In this document: positions 6,242-13,410 of the stretch, piece after piece
Numbering within the stretch: the first letter of the stretch is position 1
How the letters are laid out: the number at the start of each line of letters is the position of its first letter
Origin: Candidatus Binatia bacterium
GTDB taxonomy: Bacteria > Desulfobacterota > Binatia > HRBIN30
Length of the DNA stretch: 13,410 nt
Assembly: GCA_038245295.1 (NCBI GenBank)
Contig: JBBRSP010000058.1
Coordinates: 1 to 13,410 of the forward strand
Reading direction: 5' to 3'
Notes under the pieces: model-generated
The model's input: the letters and a program-made list of their open reading frames with translations, nothing else
Told to the model about the DNA's origin: nothing
Databases searched by the model: none
Made by a program: the position numbers and the translations under genes

Positions 6242-9200
6242 TCAGTATGCCACGTCCGTGAGCGTATCCACCGCCGTGTTCCCACCCGTCACCAAACAAC
6301 CGCCCGTGCCGGTCGCGTCGACCAAGCCGTCCACCGTCGTCGCACACGTCGACGCCAGATCCGCCACCAACGCATCGGTGCACGCCGTCGGCTTGGCAAT
6401 CGCGTTGCGCAGCGCCTTGCCGGCGTTGGCGAGCTTGGTCGCCGTCGTGTACTCGTTCACGCACTGCGCCGGATCGATGACTGGATTCGTCTTCGCCTTG
6501 TCGGTGAACAGGGGCTTGGCCGCGTTGAGCTTGTTGCGGCAGATGCGCAGCGCGTTCAGCCGCACCTTGGCGTAGGTGCGGCCGGCGTTGGCGATCTTTG
6601 CCTGGCAAACGTTCTGCGTCGTCTCCGTGCTGTTCAAGGCGCGGCCGTATTCGCCGTCGATCAACGTGTCGACCATGGTCGTGTGGATCGTGGGCAAGCA
6701 GCCGCTGGTCGCGGCCGAATCGATGATGCCATCGACGTCCTGCGCGCACGCCGACAGCGCCGCCAGCATCCCATTGGTGCACTTCTTGGCGATCGTCTTA
6801 CGCACGCTGGCGGACACGGTGGCGATCTTCTTGGCGGTCCCATATTCGTTCACGCACTGGGCAGGATCGGTAAGGGCCATCGTCTTCGCCTTGTCGAAGT
6901 AGCGCGGCTTGCTCTTGTTGAGCGCCGTGCGGCAGCTCTGCAGGGCTTTGATGCGTGCCACGAAGTACTTCTGCGCCGCGTTGGCCAACACGATCTGGCA
7001 CTTGCCGATGTCCGCCGTGTACGGCTTGCACTGGCGTGTACAGGTGTCGCCGTCGATCGGGTTGCCGTCGTCGCATGTCTCCGGCGCTTCCACCACTCCG
7101 TTGCCGCAGGTCTGGAGGTCGCAAGCATCTCCCACGCCGTCACCGTCGAGATCGGCCTGCGTGGTGTTCGGCGTATCGACGCAATTGTCCTGGTCGTCCG
7201 GTACACCGTCGTCGTCACGGTCGTTGATTGCCGTCGCCGCTACAATGAGCGCCGCCTGGCAGGTTGAGCCGACGCCGCAGTCGCTGTTGCTGCTGCAACT
7301 GCCGGGCTGGTGCACAACGCAGCGCCCACAGTCGGCATCGCTGCCGCACGACCCGCCGTATTGCACGCAACGATTGCAGTCGCTGTCGTTGGTGCACGCC
7401 GTACCCGGTTCGTTGAGGCAAACTTGATTGTTCTGGTCGCAAGTGCCGAGCGAACATTGGTCCGCGGCGCACGACGCACCGCCGCCGCACAGGTCGTTGG
7501 CGGGATTGCACGGCGTCGGTTGGTCGAGCAGGCAGCGCCCCGCCTCGACGACGTACGACACACTGCCGTCGTGCGTCGCCAGGGGATCGGCATCGCCGTT
7601 GTCGGCCTTCACCTGGCCGAGCGTCGTGGTCACGTCGTTGCAGAAATCGTAGAGCTGCAGCGCCAGACCCAGCACCCCCTCGCCGGTCAGGTCGCGATTG
7701 CCCTGATCCGCCTCGGTGGTGAGGAAGCGTACGCGACCGCCTTCGACTTTGTATGGCGTGCGCGGATCGCACTCCGGGATGCGGCATGCAGTCACCGCCT
7801 GGCCGGTGTTCTGCATTGTGCCGCTGACGAGGTCGTAGACCTGCAACACATCGTCGTTGGTGTCACTGTCGCCCGTCGGCAAGCCGTTGGCCGTAGCGTT
7901 CAGGTTCGCGCCTTGGGCCGACTCGCGGGTGCGGAAGGCAACCAGTTGCACGGTGCCGCACGAAGTGACGGTGGGCTCGCCAACCACGAAGTCTTCCGCG
8001 GCGCGGCGCACTCCGGTCGAGCAGCCGGCACCTGAGCACGGGACGAGCTGGGACGTCGCGGCGTTGTAGATCTGCAGCACGCGGTCAGTGGCGTCGCCGT
8101 CGCCATTCAACGGGCCGGCGCCCTGCGCCGCTTCCGGCGTGATGAAGATCGCAAAGCTTCCCTTCATCTGCACGACGTCAGCCGCCTGGAAGGTGTTGGT
8201 CCAACTGCCGGCGCCGGCCGGATGAACCTCGACAACGGTGTCATCGGTGTCCATGTCGCTGTTGAGATTGGTCGCGTTTTCGCCGGCCTCCGAGACCAGG
8301 GCGGCGATGTACGATGGCGACAACGACACCGCGGTAGCGGCGACCCCCAAGTTCTGCACCGCGCCGCTGCCCGGCCAGAACTGCACGACCAGGTCGCTGG
8401 TGTCCGCATCACTATTGAGCGAGCCCTTTGGACAGGCCAGCGTCGCCGGAAGTCCCACAGCGGCCTCGGGGCGCAAGAACGCCGCCGCGCCGCCGGCCAC
8501 GGATACCTCTCCAGCCGGGCACAGGGTCGTGACCGTTCCCGTCGTGGCGTCTACCGCTTCGAGGACCGTATCGTTGATCTCGCCATTGGCGAACAGCATC
8601 GCATCGATGCCGAGAGGGTCGGTGGGGTCGAGGCTGCGGACGAACACATCGGAGGCGGACCCGTTGGTGTCGCCTCCCGGACCCAGCAGGTTGGTTGCAC
8701 CGGAGTAGAACGCGACCACCCGCCCATCCGCGGACATCGAAGGCGGATCTCCGCTCCCGCCGTACGTGTCCGATTCCAGCCCGCCCGGTCCGACGCTGAC
8801 GCGCTCGGTGATGCCGGTCTGGCGGTCGTGGACAAAAAAGTCTCCAACGCCATTCGTGTCGCCGCCTGAACCCAGCAGATTGGTCGATTGGCTCAAGAAC
8901 GCCACGAAGCGTCCATCCCCCGACATCGAGGGAGGGGACGAGCCAGAGTCTCCTTGCAGCCCTCCCGGCCCGACGCTGACGCGCTCGGTAATGCCGGTCT
9001 GGCGGTCGTGGACAAACACGTCTGTTGCGCCATTGGTGTCGCCCCCCGGCCCAAGCAGGTCGGTGGAATCGCTCAAGAACGCCACGAATCGCCCATCCGC
9101 CGACACCTGACCAGCACTTCCTCCTAAGCTCGCCTGCGTCCCGCCCGGCCCGACGCTGACGCGCTCGGTGGTCCCGGTCTGGCGGTCGTGGACGAACACA

Positions 9201-11692
9201 TCGACCTGGCCGTTGGTGTCGCCCCCGGTATCCAGCAGGTTGGTCGCCAAACTAGAGAACACCACGAAGCGCCCATCCGCCGATATCGAATCCGTCGTAT
9301 AGGTGGGTGAATCCGCTTGCAACCCGCCCGGCCCGACGTTGACGCGCTCGGTGGTGCCGGTCTGGCGATCGTAGACGAACACATCTCCTGTGGAGTTCGT
9401 GTCAACTCCCGGACCCAGCAGGTTACTCGCGTAGCTCGTGTACGCCACGAAGCGCCCATCCGCCGATATCGCTCCAGAAAACGAGTCATTGTTCGATTGC
9501 AGCCCACCCGGCCCGACGCTGACGCGCTCGGTGGTGGCGGTCTGGCGGTCATAGACGAACACATCCGACCAGGTGTTCGTGTCGACCCCCGGACCCAGCA
9601 GATTGGTCGCAATGGTATCGAACGCCACGAACCGCCCGTCGGCGGAGAGCGCAGACCTAAAAGTATACGAGGGCAAGTCCGATTGCAGCCCGCCCGGCCC
9701 GACGTTCACCCGCTCGGTCACCCCCGTTTGCCGGTCGTGGACGAAGACGTCGTACTGACCGTTCGTGTCGACCCCAGGACCCAGCAGGTTGGTGGCATAA
9801 CTAGAGAACGCCACGAATCGCCCATCCGCGGAGATCGAGGGAAGGAACGAGTTAGAGTCCCCTTCCAACCCTCCCGGCCCGACGCTGACGCGCTCGGTGC
9901 GGCGCTTGGCCATCGCCGCTTCCGAGCTGCGCACGAAAACCAGGCCGTTGGAGACGACCAGCGGCTGCGCATCGATCTTCGGCGCGGCGTCGACCGCGCG
10001 CAACGCGCCGCCCGGGCCGCTGTAATAGTCGGTCTCGCCGGCACCGAGACGGGCGATACGCAGAATCGCATCAGCGAAATCCTCGTCGCCATTCTCCGAG
10101 CAGCGCTGCTGATCCACCTCCGACTCGAGGAATGCCATCACGTTGTTCTCCACCGCGACGGCCGGAAACGTGAACGGCGTCTCGGAGACCCGCACAATGG
10201 CTCGGCCGGCCGGCGTTCCGAGGCCGCACAGCGGAGGCGCCCCGAGATCCTGGCCCTCGCCGGTGACGCGGTCACGCAGGACGATGGCCGTGTCGAGGGT
10301 GTCGCCGTCGCCGTTGCGGTCGACCAGGTCGATGGATTCGCGAATGCTGAAGGTGCGGGTTGTGCTGCTGGCCGCCAGGCCCTCCAGCGGCACCGGGATG
10401 TGTGCCTCGTAGCTGTAGTTGACGCACTGTCCATCGAGTCCGCAGTTGGCCACGCACATCATGGCCGCGTTCTCTTCGCAGAAGCCGGCGTTCGACGGGC
10501 GCGGTATGACCAACGGACCGCCGCTGGTCACGGGCGGGAGGATGCCGAAGTTGAAGTTCTCGCCGCTGATCGAGCAGCTACCGCCGGGGCAGTCGGTGTC
10601 GTTCGAGCAGGCCAGAGTGTCGCGTCCACCGCCGCTGCAAGTCCCGGCGCGGCGCGCGAAGCGCAGGATGGTGTACGGCGCATCGGCGCTGCCGAACAAG
10701 GTCACCAGGTTGGGGATGATCAGGGTGTTGTCGCGTTGCGGTTCGAAGATCGGCGGCAGCAGGCCGCCTTCGGGCGTGTAGCTGCCGATGTAGATCGGAT
10801 CGGGTAGATCGAACGCCACCGGCGATTTGATCCGGTTCTTCAGCAAGCGCGGCACCGGCACGCCGGCATCGCGCACCAGAATGCCGCTCCACTGGAACGG
10901 CGTGAGCACGTTGCCGTCGGCGTCGAGCGCGGCGCGCACCGAGGTGGCGTTGCCGGTGCACGGCGGCGAGTCGTCGACGCACACCGCCTGATAGTCGTTC
11001 GGCGGCGGCATGGCCGTAAAACTGGGGAAGGTGGCGAGCGGCGTACCGGTGCCGCAGGCGCCGTCGTTGGCGTAGTAGTTGTCGATACACACGAACAGCC
11101 CGCTCTGGGCGCTGCAGGACTGCGTCGCAAGGCCACACGGCAGAGCGCTGCCGGCGGCGCTCACGGCAATCTTCACCGGGCCGGCCAGGGTGACGTCATC
11201 GGTCGGCGTGCCGAGGAAGGTGTCGGTATCAGGGAAGGCGAAGCGCAGGTTGCGAACGGTATCGCGATTGAACACCTGGAGGCCGGAGAACGGAGCGCTG
11301 ACGCAAGTCGCCGTGCCGCCACCGAGCTGGGCGTTACAGGCGGCGAGCAGCGGATTAATCGCCGAGCAGTCGGCGGCGCTGGTCAAGACGACGGCATTCG
11401 GTGTGGCGCCTCCGGTCGGGGTGAAGACCACGGTGACCACGTTGCCCGCGGCAGTCGCCGCGATGCCCGGTGAGCTGACGTCGCAGGGACGCAAGCGCAC
11501 CTCGACGGCCTCCCCCGGCGCCGCGAACGGCCGGTTGGTGGCACCGAGCGTCGAGTTGAAGGTCTTGAGCGTACCTGGGATCAGGTTGCACGCGGCCAGC
11601 GCCGGGTCTGGTGCGAGCCAGAAGCCGCAGGCTGCGAGTGCCAAAACAACTGCAATGGATGCACGCGTACCGCGAATGTTCGTATCCCCCAT
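6242..11692 (-). CDS. Giant (1816 aa) secreted Cys-rich multidomain protein: signal peptide, DxDGD-type repeats, TolB/PD40-like beta-propeller, thrombospondin type-3 repeat, Myxococcus Cys-rich repeat, duplicated C-terminal Cys/helical domain
   Basis: N-terminal signal 'RASIAVVLALAACGFWLAPDPALAA'; seven 'SADGRFVAF.S.ATNL...DTNG..DVFVHDRQTG' repeats; TSP3-like 'DRDDDGVPDDQDNCVDTPNTTQADLDGDGVGDACD'; 'CGNGVVEAPETCDDGNPIDGDTCTRQC'. Codon usage is strongly GC3-biased over 5.4 kb. Confidence 0.92.
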   Translation of the reverse strand: MGDTNIRGTRASIAVVLALAACGFWLAPDPALAACNLIPGTLKTFNSTLGATNRPFAAPGEAVEVRLRPCDVSSPGIAATAAGNVVTVVFTPTGGATPNAVVLTSAADCSAINPLLAACNAQLGGGTATCVSAPFSGLQVFNRDTVRNLRFAFPDTDTFLGTPTDDVTLAGPVKIAVSAAGSALPCGLATQSCSAQSGLFVCIDNYYANDGACGTGTPLATFPSFTAMPPPNDYQAVCVDDSPPCTGNATSVRAALDADGNVLTPFQWSGILVRDAGVPVPRLLKNRIKSPVAFDLPDPIYIGSYTPEGGLLPPIFEPQRDNTLIIPNLVTLFGSADAPYTILRFARRAGTCSGGGRDTLACSNDTDCPGGSCSISGENFNFGILPPVTSGGPLVIPRPSNAGFCEENAAMMCVANCGLDGQCVNYSYEAHIPVPLEGLAASSTTRTFSIRESIDLVDRNGDGDTLDTAIVLRDRVTGEGQDLGAPPLCGLGTPAGRAIVRVSETPFTFPAVAVENNVMAFLESEVDQQRCSENGDEDFADAILRIARLGAGETDYYSGPGGALRAVDAAPKIDAQPLVVSNGLVFVRSSEAAMAKRRTERVSVGPGGLEGDSNSFLPSISADGRFVAFSSYATNLLGPGVDTNGQYDVFVHDRQTGVTERVNVGPGGLQSDLPSYTFRSALSADGRFVAFDTIATNLLGPGVDTNTWSDVFVYDRQTATTERVSVGPGGLQSNNDSFSGAISADGRFVAYTSYASNLLGPGVDTNSTGDVFVYDRQTGTTERVNVGPGGLQADSPTYTTDSISADGRFVVFSSLATNLLDTGGDTNGQVDVFVHDRQTGTTERVSVGPGGTQASLGGSAGQVSADGRFVAFLSDSTDLLGPGGDTNGATDVFVHDRQTGITERVSVGPGGLQGDSGSSPPSMSGDGRFVAFLSQSTNLLGSGGDTNGVGDFFVHDRQTGITERVSVGPGGLESDTYGGSGDPPSMSADGRVVAFYSGATNLLGPGGDTNGSASDVFVRSLDPTDPLGIDAMLFANGEINDTVLEAVDATTGTVTTLCPAGEVSVAGGAAAFLRPEAAVGLPATLACPKGSLNSDADTSDLVVQFWPGSGAVQNLGVAATAVSLSPSYIAALVSEAGENATNLNSDMDTDDTVVEVHPAGAGSWTNTFQAADVVQMKGSFAIFITPEAAQGAGPLNGDGDATDRVLQIYNAATSQLVPCSGAGCSTGVRRAAEDFVVGEPTVTSCGTVQLVAFRTRESAQGANLNATANGLPTGDSDTNDDVLQVYDLVSGTMQNTGQAVTACRIPECDPRTPYKVEGGRVRFLTTEADQGNRDLTGEGVLGLALQLYDFCNDVTTTLGQVKADNGDADPLATHDGSVSYVVEAGRCLLDQPTPCNPANDLCGGGASCAADQCSLGTCDQNNQVCLNEPGTACTNDSDCNRCVQYGGSCGSDADCGRCVVHQPGSCSSNSDCGVGSTCQAALIVAATAINDRDDDGVPDDQDNCVDTPNTTQADLDGDGVGDACDLQTCGNGVVEAPETCDDGNPIDGDTCTRQCKPYTADIGKCQIVLANAAQKYFVARIKALQSCRTALNKSKPRYFDKAKTMALTDPAQCVNEYGTAKKIATVSASVRKTIAKKCTNGMLAALSACAQDVDGIIDSAATSGCLPTIHTTMVDTLIDGEYGRALNSTETTQNVCQAKIANAGRTYAKVRLNALRICRNKLNAAKPLFTDKAKTNPVIDPAQCVNEYTTATKLANAGKALRNAIAKPTACTDALVADLASTCATTVDGLVDATGTGGCLVTGGNTAVDTLTDVAY
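6293..7003 (-). repeat. Two-fold internal duplication of a ~105-aa Cys-containing C-terminal domain
   Basis: 'CQ...ANA...Y...R..AL..CR..LN..KP...DKAKT....DPAQCVNEY.TA.K.A' and 'CA..VDG..D.....GCL' each occur twice. Confidence 0.85.
8636..9898 (-). repeat. Seven tandem ~180-190 bp coding repeats (TolB/PD40-like propeller blades)
   Basis: Each unit starts TERV(S/N)VGPGG. The framework is conserved at the DNA level, e.g. CCCGACGCTGACGCGCTCGGT recurs on the + strand. Confidence 0.95.
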
Positions 11693-11731
11693 AAGTGGGC
11701 ACCAGTATCACGACGTTGGATCGACTGACTA

Positions 11732-11835
11732 GCGGATAGCCCGGATTACAGCCCGATTTGGTCGTGAGCCACATGAAGGGTAAGTATCGGACGATGTTCG
11801 AAGGGTCGAATCATGCACTGGCGACCGTATACGGC
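11732..11835. repeat. 104-bp direct repeat, copy 2
   Basis: 102/104 identical to 5881-5984; lies ~40 bp upstream of the giant gene's ATG. Confidence 0.97.
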
Positions 11836-11932
11836 TGGCGACGTCGTCGTGACTTACAAATTCGTGACGCAATGAAAGGCGCGACTTCGGAGTTTAGCGA
11901 ACCCGACGCTCATTCAAGGGCGGGAACTTGAT

Positions 11933-12341
11933 GGACATCCACTCTCGGGTGGGTTGCGTCGAAGGCTCGGGTTGCGGGACATCCACATCCTGGCCCGCCC
12001 AATCCTACGATCCGGCGCGCCGAGCGAATGTTATCGAAGTGAGTCGGTGCCTGGGCTCACACGGAGTACACGTGAAGTGCTTTCGCCCCGGCCTCGCCAT
12101 GCGGCAGGAGCCCGGGCCGACGCCTCCGAATGTGGGTGTCCAATGAAGGTGCCATCATCTGTCGTTACGAACGTGCGTCGACGCTGCTGACATCGAACCG
12201 TCCGGTCGAGGACTGGCGCGCCTCGGAGAGCGCGCCTCGGAGAGGGACACCCACGCCAGCCGTGCCGCGACCCGCGGCGCCGCAGCCGTCGCGAGGCATC
12301 GAACCGACTAGCGAGTTCCGCCGCCTTCGCGGTGGGTGTCC
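11933..12341. repeat. Cluster of REP-like 10-mers GGACAYCCAC / GTGGGTGTCC in inverted pairs
   Basis: GGACATCCAC 11933-11942 and 11977-11986, GTGGGTGTCC(AAT) 12132-12141, GGACACCCAC 12245-12254, GTGGGTGTCC(AAT) 12332-12341. All lie in non-coding DNA next to a RAYT. Confidence 0.65.
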
Positions 12342-12424
12342 AATCAGCCGTCCGTCGAATTCGTCGCAGGACGCGCAATTTAACAGGATCGGCAGGATAT
12401 ACAGGATGAACACGACAAGAACGA

Positions 12425-12462
12425 TCTGCGGCTTTTGCGGGGTTCTGCGGCTTTTGCGGGGT
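12425..12462. repeat. 19-bp tandem duplication overlapping the RAYT left inverted repeat
   Basis: TCTGCGGCTTTTGCGGGGT at 12425-12443 and 12444-12462. Confidence 0.9.
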
Positions 12463-13410
12463 CGGACCAAGGGAAGCATTTGACAATGCGATGGATTCGC
12501 TGAATTAGGTGCCTCGATTTACCCTTAGAGGCACGTTTTTACGGTCAGAATCGTGGCTCTAAGGTTTTGCGAAGGGTCCGCGATCAACCATGCCGCGTGC
12601 AAATCGCCACTACCTTCCCGGCTACATGTGGCACCTGACCCATCGCTGCCACGACCGGCGCTTTCAACTTCGCTTCTTGCGTGATCGACGCGCCTGGATC
12701 GACTGGCTCTACGAGGCGCGGCGCCGCTTCGGGTTGTGCGTGCTCGACTACAACGTCACTTCGAATCACGTCCATTTGCTCGTGCGCGATCAGGGCCGGT
12801 TCGAGATCGCCGCCAGCATGCAGCTGATCGCCGGGCAAACTGCCCAGCGCTTCAACGAGCGCAAAGATATCCGCGGCGCCTTCTGGGAAGATCGCTATCA
12901 CGCCACGGCCGTCGACAGCGATCAGCACCTGGCGCGCTGCATGGTCTACATCGACCTCAACATGGTGCGTGCCGGCGTGGTGAAGCATCCGTCGGAATGG
13001 GAGACGTGCGGCTTTCACGAGATCCAGGAGCCGCCTCGGCGCTATCGCATCATCGATCGTGAGGCGTTGGCCGAGGCCCTCGGCCTGGCGAGCAGCGGCG
13101 AACTGGCAACCATGCAACGGCATTGGATCGAAGAGAGCCTGCAAGGCGACCGGCAGCGTCAGCCGTGGTGGAGCGAGGCACTCGCCGTGGGCAGCCGCGA
13201 GTTTGTCGACCGTATGCACGATGAGCTCGGGGTTCGTGCTCGGCATCGAATCATCGAGGCCGGCACCGATGGCTATGTGCTGCGCGACCCTTCGGCTTCT
13301 TATCGGGGCCAAAACCCGGCAGAAAACGCGGCTCTAAGCATCGAATTGGGGGGCCTTTGAGGGTGCAACTTCAACGACTTCAAGATGTTGCCGTGGTCCG
13401 ACCCCGCAAA
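12453..13410 (+). mobile_element. RAYT-type element bounded by >=17-bp perfect inverted repeats (right end runs off the window)
   Basis: TTTGCGGGGTCGGACCA (12453-12469) and its exact reverse complement TGGTCCGACCCCGCAAA (13394-13410) flank the transposase. There is a subterminal hairpin at 12523-12564. Confidence 0.75.
12590..13360 (+). CDS. REP-associated tyrosine transposase (RAYT; IS200-like HUH Y1 transposase)
   Basis: 'MPRANR...WHLTHRC', HUH motif 'SNHVHLLV', 'GAFWEDRY' and the catalytic Tyr segment 'YIDLNMVRAGVVKHPSEW'. Confidence 0.93.
   Translation: MPRANRHYLPGYMWHLTHRCHDRRFQLRFLRDRRAWIDWLYEARRRFGLCVLDYNVTSNHVHLLVRDQGRFEIAASMQLIAGQTAQRFNERKDIRGAFWEDRYHATAVDSDQHLARCMVYIDLNMVRAGVVKHPSEWETCGFHEIQEPPRRYRIIDREALAEALGLASSGELATMQRHWIEESLQGDRQRQPWWSEALAVGSREFVDRMHDELGVRARHRIIEAGTDGYVLRDPSASYRGQNPAENAALSIELGGL

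Noticed and set aside
8636..9898. Diversity-generating retroelement VR/TR pair or CRISPR array
   Set aside because: The repeats are in-frame coding units of ~180 bp. There is no reverse transcriptase or cas gene here, and the differences include indels and are not visibly adenine-restricted.
6020..10807. Long plus-strand ORFs (6020-7267, 7310-8035, 9317-10807 and others)
   Set aside because: Antisense shadows of the high-GC giant gene; Arg/Ala-rich translations with no recognisable motifs.
11928..12486. Several short overlapping ORFs upstream of the RAYT
   Set aside because: No family motifs or clear RBS, and they run through repeat-rich DNA better explained as non-coding.
12480..12510. Sigma70 promoter for the RAYT at the perfect TTGACA
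   Set aside because: No convincing -10 hexamer at 16-18 nt spacing.
12584..13312. 242-aa minus-strand ORF
   Set aside because: Antisense shadow of the well-supported RAYT gene.

Overview
GC-rich bacterial window with a mosaic, heavily rearranged layout. Left to right: a C-rich non-coding stretch; a 5'-truncated NhaP/CPA1 antiporter with an RCK/TrkA domain (+); kup, whose conserved C-terminal motif is cut by an in-frame TAG (-); a candidate 69-aa basic protein with a perfect SD (+); and a coupled pair of an F420-dependent Ddn-type oxidoreductase and a fused HgcAB-like corrinoid/membrane/ferredoxin protein (-). Next is a 5.75-kb segment bracketed by two 104-bp direct repeats (102/104 identical). 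It holds a YdcZ/DMT remnant and a 1816-aa secreted Cys-rich protein with a 7-repeat TolB/PD40-like propeller nested in an 8-repeat DxDGD-type region. The window ends with REP-like GGACAYCCAC/GTGGGTGTCC motifs and a RAYT-type HUH Y1 transposase with 17-bp terminal inverted repeats. The most notable points: the left repeat supplies the start codon and first ~14 codons of the HgcAB-like gene; the HgcAB-F420 reductase pairing; AT-rich variable loops in the propeller; and REP-like motifs near gene breakpoints. The giant protein's style suggests Binatota/Myxococcota-like bacteria (inference only). All family calls are from motif recognition by eye; no searches were run.
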